A stretch of 64,000 nucleotides of DNA from an uncultured delta proteobacterium (GTDB lineage Bacteria; Myxococcota_A; Polyangia; Fen-1088), in NCBI GenBank assembly GCA_963737265.1, contig CAVTRY010000022.1, forward strand, positions 288,001 through 352,000. The letters run 5' to 3'. Shown piece after piece: positions 50,314 to 59,211 of the stretch (the stretch's first letter is position 1; every line of letters starts with the position of its first letter). The notes beneath the pieces were generated by a model. That model had not been told where the DNA came from and searched no databases. It saw only the letters and a program-made list of their open reading frames with translations. The translations under genes and the position numbers were made by a program.

Positions 50314-52034
50314 GCGTCGTCATCGATGGTAAAGAAGTAGAATTCACCAACGGCGAGACGGTGCTGGCGGCGGCCGAGCGTTCGGGAATTTCCATCCCGC
50401 ACCTGTGCTCGCTCGATTGGGCATGCAAGTCCGAGGCGGCCTGCCGCATGTGCTTGGTCGAGATTGAGGGCATGCCACGCTTGCAGACGAGCTGCACCCT
50501 GGAGGCCAAGGACGGCATGAAGGTGAAGACCCGTTCGCCGCGTGTGCAGGCGATTCGGCGCAATCTCGTCGAATTGCTCATCGCCAATCACCCCAACGAT
50601 TGTCTGGTGTGCGCGCGTAACCAGAACTGCGAGCTGGCACAGGTGGCGAGCGAGCTCGGCGTGCGCGAACGGCGCTATCGCGGTCTCAAGAAAAATCATG
50701 CCATCGACGTGTCCTCTCCGTCGCTGGTGCGCGACCCCAACAAGTGTATCTTGTGTGGCCGCTGCGTGGCCGTGTGCCATTCCGTACAAGGGGTGGGCGC
50801 CATCGATTTCATCGAGCGCGGTTTCAAGACGCGCGTCGGGCCCGGATTTCACGATGGTATCAACGTCTCGTCGTGCATCTTCTGCGGGCAGTGCACCCGC
50901 GTGTGCCCGACCGCGGCTCTCATGGAGAAGAGCCAGGTCGACGACGTCATCGCGGCCCTGTCCGACCCGAATGTCGTGGTTGTGGCGCAGGTGGCGCCCG
51001 CGGTTCCTGCCACGCTGATGGAAAAGGCCAAGGCCAGCTCGGTGCGGACGATGCTGCTCAAGTTGGCGGCGGCGCTCAAGCGAGTGGGCTTCGGCGCGGT
51101 GTTCGACACCGGATTCGCGGCGGATCTGACCATCATGGAGGAGGTGTCCGAGCTCATCCGCAGGGTTCAGCAAGGAGGCCCCTTGCCCATGTTCACCAGC
51201 TGTTCGCCGGGCTGGATTCAGTACGTGGAAACCCAGCGCCCCGAGCTGATTCCCCACCTGTCCACTTGCAAATCTCCGCAGCAAATGGCGGCGGCGCTCA
51301 TCAAAGACGTGTACCCGCGCCACCGCGACCTCGGCGGCAAGCGGCTGGTGTGCGTTTCCCTCATGCCCTGCACGGCCAAGAAATTCGAAGCCAGCGAGCT
51401 CGGCGACGTCGACTTCGTGCTCACCACGCGCGAGATCGAACAGTTGCTTCTCCGCTTCGGCATCGACCTCGCGAAGGTTACCGAGCAAGGCATGCTGGAT
51501 CCGCCGTTCTCCTCGGCGACCGGCGCCGGCCGGCTCTTTGGCGGCACGGGCGGCGTGATGGAGGCGGCCATTCGAACCGCCCACAAGATGCTGACCGGGG
51601 AGGAGCTCAAGGGCGGCCTCAAGGTCGAAGAGGCGCGCGGTCTCGAAGGCATGAAGTCCTTTTCGCTCGACGTGGGTGGAACCACGCTCAACTTCGGCAT
51701 CGTCAACGGGCTCGGCCGGCTCAAGCCCATGCTCGATCCCATCCGCAAGGGCACGTCCAACCTGCACTTCATCGAAGTCATGACCTGCCCCGGCGGTTGC
51801 ATCGGCGGCGGCGGCCAACCTTACGACACCGATCCCGAAGCCATCCGCATTCGCCTCGAACGTATCTACGAAGCCGACCGGCGCTCCACGCTCAGGACTT
51901 CGCACGAAAATGACGAAGTGAAGACCTTGTACACCGAGATGCTGGGCCAGCCGCTCGGCGAGGTAAGCCACCACTTGCTTCACCGCTCGTACGTCGATCG
52001 CAGCCGCAAGGAGGCGCCAACGGACGCTCGCTAG
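50310..52034 (+). CDS. hydA: [FeFe]-hydrogenase catalytic subunit HydA (group A, trimeric type)
   Basis: N-terminal [2Fe-2S], HxxxCxxC and 2x[4Fe-4S]; H-cluster motifs TSCSPGW, MPCTAKKFE, EVMTCPGGCIGGGGQP. Confidence 0.94.
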   Translation: MSVVIDGKEVEFTNGETVLAAAERSGISIPHLCSLDWACKSEAACRMCLVEIEGMPRLQTSCTLEAKDGMKVKTRSPRVQAIRRNLVELLIANHPNDCLVCARNQNCELAQVASELGVRERRYRGLKKNHAIDVSSPSLVRDPNKCILCGRCVAVCHSVQGVGAIDFIERGFKTRVGPGFHDGINVSSCIFCGQCTRVCPTAALMEKSQVDDVIAALSDPNVVVVAQVAPAVPATLMEKAKASSVRTMLLKLAAALKRVGFGAVFDTGFAADLTIMEEVSELIRRVQQGGPLPMFTSCSPGWIQYVETQRPELIPHLSTCKSPQQMAAALIKDVYPRHRDLGGKRLVCVSLMPCTAKKFEASELGDVDFVLTTREIEQLLLRFGIDLAKVTEQGMLDPPFSSATGAGRLFGGTGGVMEAAIRTAHKMLTGEELKGGLKVEEARGLEGMKSFSLDVGGTTLNFGIVNGLGRLKPMLDPIRKGTSNLHFIEVMTCPGGCIGGGGQPYDTDPEAIRIRLERIYEADRRSTLRTSHENDEVKTLYTEMLGQPLGEVSHHLLHRSYVDRSRKEAPTDAR

Positions 52035-52037
52035 CTC

Positions 52038-54065
52038 ATGGGAGTTATCCAGACCATCAATCAGAACTGCCGACGATGCTATTCGTGCGTGCGCGATTGC
52101 CCGGCCAAGGCAATCAAGATCGTCGAGGGTCAAGCCTCGGTGGTCATCGAACGCTGCATCTCGTGCGGCAACTGCACGGTGGTCTGCTCCCAGAACGCCA
52201 AGGCCTACGCCAGCGGCACCGAACGCGTTCTTGAGCTGTTGGCGGGCGGGAAACCGGTGGTCGCGATGGTCGCGCCGTCCTTTCCCGCCGACGATTGCGG
52301 CGAGGATGCCGAGCGCTTGGTGGGCGCGCTTCGCCAGCTCGGGTTCAGCCATGTCGTGGAAGTGGCGTTCGGAGCCGATCTCACCAGCCGCGCCTACCAA
52401 GCGTACATCAAGGAACATCCGACGGGCACGCGCGTGGCGACCGCCTGCCCCGCAGTGGCCGAGTATGTGCGCAAGTACAACCCTGATCTCGTCGGCTGCC
52501 TTATCCCCATCGTCTCGCCCATGATCGCGACCGCCATGGCGGTACAGGCAATCCACGGCAAGGATCACGCGTGCGTGTTCATCGGGCCGTGCGTGGCCAA
52601 GAAGCGCGAAATGCTCGACCCGCAAGTCCCTGCGGTCGTCCAGGCCGTGTTGACCTTCGACGAGCTTCGCCGCCTCTTCGCCGAACGTGGCGTGCGCGTG
52701 GCCGGGGCAACGCCGTCCGATTTCGATCCGCCGCACGCGGGATCTGGGCGCCTCTACCCTTTTGTAGGTGGCCTGCTCAAGAGCGCCGGTATCGAGCGCA
52801 ACACGCTGAATGCCGAGGTCATGGTTCTTTCTGGCGCCCCCGAGATCATTGAGGTCTTGGGCGACCTGCGACCAGACGACCCCGAGCCGTTGTTCGTCGA
52901 GCCGCTCATGTGCCGGGGTTGCTACAGCGGACCCGCGATGCGCGGCGATAGCCGCCGCCTGCAACGCAAACGACGCGTGGCCGAATACGTGAAATCGCGC
53001 TTGGCGGAGGCAACCACGGAACCGACCAAGATGCCCGAGCTCGATCTACATCGCGCCTTCACCCCCGACGACCAGCGCCTGAAAGAGCCCACCGAACAAG
53101 AGATCCGCGTGATCCTGTCGCGCACCAACAAGTTCACCGTCGAGGACGAGCTCAACTGTGGCGCCTGCGGCTACACCACCTGCCGGGCCAAGGCCGTGGC
53201 GGTGTTTCGCGGCCTCGCCGAAGAGGCCATGTGTCTGCCCTTCATGATCGAGCAGGCCGAGCGCGTGTGCCACGAGCTCAAGGTGCCCTGGCCCAATCTC
53301 AAGGACATCCACCGCCACCTTATCAACACCGAGAAGCTGGCTTCCATGGGACAGATGGCGGCCGGGGTTGCCCACGAGCTCAACAATCCCCTCGGCACCA
53401 TTCTGCTCTACACCAACATCCTCATGCGCAAGCTCAAGGAGCGGCCCGACCTCGACCACGACCTCAAGCTGCTCGTCGATGAGGCGAATCGCTGCAAGAA
53501 GATCATCGGCAATCTGCTCGATTTCGCGCGTCAGAATCGCGCCCAGATTGAGCGCACCGACATCGCCGAGCTTCTGCGTCGGGTGGTGGAGGAATCGCTT
53601 TTCGCTTTGAGCGACGTGGGGCCGGGACTCGAGGTCACCTGCGAGGCGCCCATCGATCTTTTCGCCGACATCGACAAGGACCAAATCGGTCAGGTATTGG
53701 TCAATCTGGTGAAGAACGGCATCGAGGCCATGGAGGGCAAGGCCGGCGTCGTGCGCCTGGTTGCCGTCGACGTGCCCGCCACCAGCCGCGTGCGCATCGC
53801 GGTCAGCGACCAGGGACGCGGCATCGCTCCCGAGGCGCGCGACAAGGTCTTTCAGCCGTTTTTCACCACCAAGAGCCTCGGGCGTGGTACGGGACTCGGC
53901 CTGCCCATCGCCTACGGTATCGTGAAAATGCACAGTGGAAGAATTTGGTTCGATTCGGTGCAAGGTCAGGGAACGACCTTCACCCTCGAGCTTCCCAAGA
54001 CCCAATCCCTGCGAAGGAGCATGCCAAATAATGACGAAAAGCCTCAAGATTCTATTTGTCGATGA
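52038..54065 (+). CDS. Sensory (group C-type) [FeFe]-hydrogenase fused to a histidine kinase
   Basis: 2x[4Fe-4S], TACP, GPCVAKKRE, MCRGCYSGP, CGACGYTTC FeS domain, then AHELNNPL, NLVKNG, DQGRG, GTGLGL. Confidence 0.9.
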   Translation: MGVIQTINQNCRRCYSCVRDCPAKAIKIVEGQASVVIERCISCGNCTVVCSQNAKAYASGTERVLELLAGGKPVVAMVAPSFPADDCGEDAERLVGALRQLGFSHVVEVAFGADLTSRAYQAYIKEHPTGTRVATACPAVAEYVRKYNPDLVGCLIPIVSPMIATAMAVQAIHGKDHACVFIGPCVAKKREMLDPQVPAVVQAVLTFDELRRLFAERGVRVAGATPSDFDPPHAGSGRLYPFVGGLLKSAGIERNTLNAEVMVLSGAPEIIEVLGDLRPDDPEPLFVEPLMCRGCYSGPAMRGDSRRLQRKRRVAEYVKSRLAEATTEPTKMPELDLHRAFTPDDQRLKEPTEQEIRVILSRTNKFTVEDELNCGACGYTTCRAKAVAVFRGLAEEAMCLPFMIEQAERVCHELKVPWPNLKDIHRHLINTEKLASMGQMAAGVAHELNNPLGTILLYTNILMRKLKERPDLDHDLKLLVDEANRCKKIIGNLLDFARQNRAQIERTDIAELLRRVVEESLFALSDVGPGLEVTCEAPIDLFADIDKDQIGQVLVNLVKNGIEAMEGKAGVVRLVAVDVPATSRVRIAVSDQGRGIAPEARDKVFQPFFTTKSLGRGTGLGLPIAYGIVKMHSGRIWFDSVQGQGTTFTLELPKTQSLRRSMPNNDEKPQDSICR

Positions 54066-54453
54066 CGACCGCGATTTTCTCGCCGCCCAGACCGCCTTCT
54101 TTCGCGGCCGTGGCTACCACGTCGCCAGTATCGATCGCGTCGAGGGCGCGCTCGAGCTCATCGCGCAGGAAAAGCCCGACGTCATCGTGCTCGACCTCAT
54201 GATGGAGCACCACGATTCCGGCTTCCTGCTTGGTCGCCGCATTCGTCGTGATCCCAACATGGGATCCGTCCCCATTATCATGCTGTCCGGCGTGGCTGCG
54301 GCGACCGGACACAAGTTTTCCGCCGACGCCGCCGCGCTCAAGGAATGGATAAAGCTCGATGCCTTCCTCGATAAGCCGGTCACCGGGCGCCAACTCTGCA
54401 AGACCATCGAAGAGAAGCTGGCGGCGCGCGCGCCGGCCGCAGCCGTGGGGTAA
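54031..54453 (+). CDS. Single-domain response regulator (receiver only)
   Basis: ILFVDDD, LDLMM, MLSG, DKP. Confidence 0.9.
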   Translation: MTKSLKILFVDDDRDFLAAQTAFFRGRGYHVASIDRVEGALELIAQEKPDVIVLDLMMEHHDSGFLLGRRIRRDPNMGSVPIIMLSGVAAATGHKFSADAAALKEWIKLDAFLDKPVTGRQLCKTIEEKLAARAPAAAVG

Positions 54454-54455
54454 TC

Positions 54456-55916
54456 TTGCCGAGCGTTCTCGTCATCGACGACGAATACGGCGTTCGTTCC
54501 GGGATCCGCCAGATCCTGGAAATGGAAGGCTACGTCGTCGAGCTCGCTGCCACCGGGCGCGAGGCGCTGGCGCTGCTCGACCAGAAGCGTTTCGACATCG
54601 CGCTTATCGACTACCAACTGCCCGACGTGGACGGATTGACCCTGCTGTCGACCATGCGCAGCCGCAAGCTGCCCACCATGACGTGCATGATCACCGCCTA
54701 CGCGAACATCGACACCGCCATCGCGGCCACCCGGCAGGGCATCGACTTCTTTCTGCCCAAACCGTTTTCGCCCGACGATTTGCTCGGCGTGATGGAAACC
54801 CTGTCGCGCCACAAGCGCCTCAAGGAAGAAGCGGAAAAGCTGCGGCGTGAAAACGAGGCGAACTTGCTCGCCTTGGCCACGGAAAAGAGCCAGACGAGCT
54901 CGCTCGTCTCGTCGTTGCGAGACGCGGTACTGGTCATCAATCGTGAGCGCGAGGTGGTGCTAGCCAACCATGCCATGGCGGAGCTGCTCGGGCACGTGCA
55001 GAAAGATCTGCTGCGCAAATCGGTCGACGCCGTGCTGGCCGAGGCATCGCTGGTCGGGCTCGCCGATCTGTTGCCTTCCTCGGGCGATGACGACCGCAAA
55101 ACTTCCGAGCTAACCGTCGGCGACAAGATCTTCTTTGCCAGCGCCGTGACCTTTCGCGGTGACGACGGCGTGGCCATGGGGCGCATCCTGACCCTGGCCG
55201 ACGTGACCGAAATGCGGCGCATGGCCATGGAGAAGCCGCGCTTCATTCGCACCATGGTGCACGAGTTTCGCTCCCCCCTCGGGGCGATTCGCAGCCTCAT
55301 CGAGGTCGCGCTCGACAAGAGCCTGGGCGGCGATGTCGCACCCTACTTGCCCTTCCTCGAACGCGCCGACCGTCGCATCGATAAGATGGTCGAGCTCATC
55401 GGCGACCTGCTGTCGTTGTCGCGCATCGATCTGGACAGGACGGCTAAGGTGTCGGTCGAGAACACGGATTTGCAAACGTGCGTGGCCTCGATTGCGGATC
55501 TCTACCGCGAAAAGATAGCTGCCCAGCAGATGGCATTCGCGATGGCCATCGCGCCTGGCCTCGCAGTTCGGATCGCCGACGAGGATCTTAAAACCGTCCT
55601 TGGCAATCTCGTCGGAAATGCCATCAAGTACAGCCGCGACACGGGCACGGTGCACATCAACGCCGCCCGCACGGACAGCGACATCGCCATCGAGGTCGTC
55701 GATGCCGGCATCGGCATCAAGCCCGAGAACCTGGCGCGCCTTTTCGAGGAGTTTTTTCGGGAAAAGCGGCCCGAAACCCGCGACATCGAGGGCAACGGTC
55801 TCGGCTTAGCGATCGTCAAGCGCCTAGTCGAGCGGGCCGGCGGCCGCGTCGAGGTCGCCAGCGTGCTCGGCCAAGGTTCCACCTTCCGCGTCGTCCTGCC
55901 CGCAAGTCCGGTTTGA
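54456..55916 (+). CDS. Hybrid kinase: receiver-PAS-HisKA-HATPase
   Basis: VIDDE...IDYQL...PKPF; PAS-like DAVLVIN; VHEFRSPL; NAIKY; DAGIG; GNGLGL. Confidence 0.9.
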   Translation: MPSVLVIDDEYGVRSGIRQILEMEGYVVELAATGREALALLDQKRFDIALIDYQLPDVDGLTLLSTMRSRKLPTMTCMITAYANIDTAIAATRQGIDFFLPKPFSPDDLLGVMETLSRHKRLKEEAEKLRRENEANLLALATEKSQTSSLVSSLRDAVLVINREREVVLANHAMAELLGHVQKDLLRKSVDAVLAEASLVGLADLLPSSGDDDRKTSELTVGDKIFFASAVTFRGDDGVAMGRILTLADVTEMRRMAMEKPRFIRTMVHEFRSPLGAIRSLIEVALDKSLGGDVAPYLPFLERADRRIDKMVELIGDLLSLSRIDLDRTAKVSVENTDLQTCVASIADLYREKIAAQQMAFAMAIAPGLAVRIADEDLKTVLGNLVGNAIKYSRDTGTVHINAARTDSDIAIEVVDAGIGIKPENLARLFEEFFREKRPETRDIEGNGLGLAIVKRLVERAGGRVEVASVLGQGSTFRVVLPASPV

Positions 55917-55950
55917 CCTACCGCTGCCGCTCCCGTAGCTTGCGCAGTCC

Positions 55951-57441
55951 ATGGATGCGCTTGCGATAGCAATTCTCGCCGCCGGCCTGGTGGCCCTGCT
56001 TGCCAGCGTGGCCCTGCTGGTCGGCTACCGTTTCGAGCGTTTCGTCGGAGTTCGCTACCTTCGACGAGCCACGCCTTCGCGCCCGGTGCGGTTCGGGCTG
56101 TGGACTTCGCTCGCGCTCACCATCGCCGGGCTGCTCGTCACCTTGGCGACGCGCAACCACCAGCGCGGCCTTGAGACGTGCGCGGTGATCGTCGTCGTGG
56201 TGGGCGGGTTCGCCAGCATTCTCTTTCTGCTGCTGCGGGTGTTCTCGGTCTTCACCACCGTTTCCACCATGGGTGTCATGCTCGGGGTGGCCTCGCTGGT
56301 CGTCGTGCTTTCGGTGACCAGCGGCTTCGAGCGCGAATTCAAGGAAAAGGTGCTGGCCGTCAATGCCCACCTGATCGTGACGTCCTATGGGCTGGAACGT
56401 AACGTCGACGAGGCCGATCGCGAGGCGGAGAAAGTGCGCAGGCAACTGGTCGGGTTTCCCGGCCTGGTGAGCACGTCGCGGTTCAGCTTCACCGCTGGCG
56501 AGGTGATGATTGGCAAGGTTGGCGCCAATCTCAAGGGCGTCGAAGTGTCCGAAGGCGTGCCCGAGCTGCGGCACGCGTTGATCGCGGGATCGGTCGACGA
56601 TCTTGCCAAGCCAGCCACCTGCGCGGGCACGGTGGCCGTGGCATCCGAAAGCGAGAAGATCGGACGCCTTATTCTTGGTTCCGATCTCGCCCACCGCGTG
56701 CACGCCGCCGTGGGAGACTGCGTGCAAGTGCTCGTGCCCTTCTCGGGCGACGTGGATTCCGCGCCGAGCGCCTACGCCTTCCGCGTGGTGGGCATTTTTT
56801 CCTTTGGCTTCCAGGAATACGACGCGCGCCTGGCCTTCATTCCCCTCGAAGACGCGCGCCGCCTGGGCAACGCACGCCAATCCATCTTCGGCGTCGAGGT
56901 GCGCTTCGCCGACCCCATGCAGGCCCTCACCGTCGAGGAAGACGTGCAAACGCGCCTCGGTCCCGAGATGCGCATCATCGACTGGAAGACGCTCAACCGG
57001 AATCTCTTCACCGCCCTCGCCATGCAGAAGCTCATCATCTCGCTGCTGCTCGTTCTCATCATCGTGGTCGCCGCCTTCAACATCGTCGCGTCGCTGATGC
57101 TGGTGGTGCTATCCAAGGTGCGCGAGGTCGCCATCCTTGCCTCCATGGGCGCGCGCTCGGGATCGCTCTTGCGTGTGTTCCTGGTGTCGGGCAGTTTCGT
57201 CGGCATCGTGGGCACCGGCTTTGGCATTCTCTACGGCCTGGCCCTGTGCGCCCTGGCCGCGCTCTATGGCTATCCCCTCGATCCCAAGGTGTACCTCATT
57301 GCGCGCTTGCCCGTGGAAGTGTCCCTTCGCGAGGTCCTGTTCGTCGCCGGTGCGACCCAGATCATCTGCTTTCTTGCCACACTCTATCCCGCCAAACGCG
57401 CCGCCCGCCAGCGCGTGGTCGACGGCCTCAAGTACGTGTGA
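55951..57441 (+). CDS. LolC/E-family ABC transporter permease
   Basis: RYLR, GVASLVVVLSVTSGF, DWKTLNRNLFTAL, VAAFNI, TLYPA. Confidence 0.88.
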   Translation: MDALAIAILAAGLVALLASVALLVGYRFERFVGVRYLRRATPSRPVRFGLWTSLALTIAGLLVTLATRNHQRGLETCAVIVVVVGGFASILFLLLRVFSVFTTVSTMGVMLGVASLVVVLSVTSGFEREFKEKVLAVNAHLIVTSYGLERNVDEADREAEKVRRQLVGFPGLVSTSRFSFTAGEVMIGKVGANLKGVEVSEGVPELRHALIAGSVDDLAKPATCAGTVAVASESEKIGRLILGSDLAHRVHAAVGDCVQVLVPFSGDVDSAPSAYAFRVVGIFSFGFQEYDARLAFIPLEDARRLGNARQSIFGVEVRFADPMQALTVEEDVQTRLGPEMRIIDWKTLNRNLFTALAMQKLIISLLLVLIIVVAAFNIVASLMLVVLSKVREVAILASMGARSGSLLRVFLVSGSFVGIVGTGFGILYGLALCALAALYGYPLDPKVYLIARLPVEVSLREVLFVAGATQIICFLATLYPAKRAARQRVVDGLKYV

Positions 57442-57458
57442 ACGGCATCCGACGCCAA

Positions 57459-58640
57459 CTACGTTTCGGGTACGGCGAGCGGTGCCGCTCTCGCGCTATC
57501 GTTTTCAGGTTGTCGGACCTTGCCCTTGTCGGCGTAGGAGAAGCGGTTCTTGAGACCGTTGATGGGTTTTTCAAACAGGTGCCACGACAGCATGGCGACG
57601 GCGAGCGTGATGGCGAGACCGACGCACGCGTTGGCCAAGTTGTAGCGACCGAAGTACTTGGCCGACCAGCCCAGGCAATTGGGATGAAAGAGATAGAGCC
57701 CGTAGCTGATTTGGCCGAAGTAAGCGAACGGGCGAAAGCCGAGCACGCGCGACGCAGGCGCGTTCGGCCGCTGCCACAGGGTCAGCACTGCTGCTGCCGT
57801 CGTGACTCCAAGCGACAGCGGGCCGAGCGTGGCGAAGAGGCCACCAAAGCCAGGCAAAGGCCGGTAGAACTGCGCGATGAAGACGACGAAGAACGCGCCA
57901 CTCGCGAGACCGAGCCGGCGTAGTCCGCGGGCGCCGATGGCAAGAAAATGGCCCTTACGCTCGATGATGGCGGTGGCGATGCCGAGCCCGAGCAGGTCGA
58001 ACTGCATGGGGGAAAGCACCCAGAAATCGCGGCCGGATCCGGTCCAGTACACCGTGGCCCGGGCAAGTGCCACGGCGACGACAACCCCGATGAGCAATCG
58101 TGCAAGGGCGCGCGGACTGGCCAGCAGAACGACGAGCGGCGCGAGCAGATAGAAATGCTCTTCAACCGCCAGGCTCCAGAGGTGGCCCTCGTGCACTTGA
58201 TTCATGCCCACGAAGAAGGAACGGAAATTCGTGAGATAGGCCAGGTGCCAGGCAAAACTATCGCGCGCAATCGGATCAAGACGACCGGACAGCAGTAGCA
58301 GCACGGCCAAAATCCCGATGAACAGGTAATAGACGGGAAAAATGCGCAGGGCGCGCCGGATGTAGAAGGTCTTGAGCTTGGCCGCGAGCCCGAAGCCGGG
58401 ACGCTGCTTCGCCTTGAGGTCGAGGAGGATGCCGCCGATCAGGAACCCGGACAGGACGAAGAAAATGGGCACGCCAAGATAACCGAAGCGGACGAACGGC
58501 AACTTGCCCCACCGGCTCCATTGCAGGGCGTGGAAGAAGAACACCAGAACGAAGGCGAAAAAGCGCAAGCCGTCGAGGGCGCGGTTGTGGCTCTTGTCGG
58601 ATGGTGCAGCTGACGGCGTTGCTTGGCGGATCCGTTGCAT
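57459..58640 (-). CDS. Acyltransferase family 3 (OafA-like O-acetyltransferase)
   Basis: LDGLR, FFVLSGFLI, RRALRI, HLWSLAVEEHFY, SYGLYLFH, EKP. Confidence 0.92.
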   Translation of the reverse strand: MQRIRQATPSAAPSDKSHNRALDGLRFFAFVLVFFFHALQWSRWGKLPFVRFGYLGVPIFFVLSGFLIGGILLDLKAKQRPGFGLAAKLKTFYIRRALRIFPVYYLFIGILAVLLLLSGRLDPIARDSFAWHLAYLTNFRSFFVGMNQVHEGHLWSLAVEEHFYLLAPLVVLLASPRALARLLIGVVVAVALARATVYWTGSGRDFWVLSPMQFDLLGLGIATAIIERKGHFLAIGARGLRRLGLASGAFFVVFIAQFYRPLPGFGGLFATLGPLSLGVTTAAAVLTLWQRPNAPASRVLGFRPFAYFGQISYGLYLFHPNCLGWSAKYFGRYNLANACVGLAITLAVAMLSWHLFEKPINGLKNRFSYADKGKVRQPENDSARAAPLAVPET

Positions 58641-58723
58641 GGCCTATTGGAACCTTAATACATTCTTGCCGCGCGGATTGCACTTCGCACGGTCTCACGA
58701 CCGAAAGCGGCCGGAGCTTCAGG

Positions 58724-59170
58724 CTACGGCTTCTGCGTCTGCGTTTCGTACTTGGACGGGCACTTGGTCTCGATGCGATCGGAACTTAGGCGGCCGTCGT
58801 TGGCGAGCACGCCAGCGGCAATCACCTCGGCGCCGGGTTTGAATAGGTCGGGCGGGATGCCGTGGAAGTCCACCGTCATCGTTGCGTGCTCGCGCGGCGC
58901 CTTGCTTTCCATGACGAAATGGTAGTCCAGCGTGCCGGCTTGATGGACGAGAGATCCGTCGACCACGTTGCCGTGCACGCGCAGGCGCTTGCCGGTCAGG
59001 TGCGCCTGGCTGTCGCGCGCTTCGTCCACGTGCTTGTAATATTCGGCCCCTTCGCCCAGCGAGGCCCACAGCAACCCGGTCAGCGCGCACGCCGACACCA
59101 CGACCGTAAGAAGGATCTTCCACGCGGTGCGCCGACTGACCGCCCCCGTCTTGCCAGAAACCGCACTCAT
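58724..59170 (-). CDS. ccmE: Heme chaperone CcmE, CxxxY variant
   Basis: N-terminal TM helix, LRVHGNV, GIPPDLFK, KCPSKY. Confidence 0.9.
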   Translation of the reverse strand: MSAVSGKTGAVSRRTAWKILLTVVVSACALTGLLWASLGEGAEYYKHVDEARDSQAHLTGKRLRVHGNVVDGSLVHQAGTLDYHFVMESKAPREHATMTVDFHGIPPDLFKPGAEVIAAGVLANDGRLSSDRIETKCPSKYETQTQKP

Positions 59171-59211
59171 GCGGAAAAGATACCCTCCAATCGCCGCGGT
59201 GCAAGCTGCGA

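Noticed and set aside
51193-51216. TSCSPGW instead of TSCCP in HydA as a sign of inactivation
   Set aside because: C[CS]P is a recognised variant of this motif in multimeric group A enzymes, and the other H-cluster motifs are intact
50304-52964. 886-aa antisense ORF over hydA and the sensor, and similar long ORFs at 6765-8549, 15602-17518 and 2153-3445
   Set aside because: These are shadow ORFs expected from high GC and codon bias; they have no motifs and overlap well-supported genes
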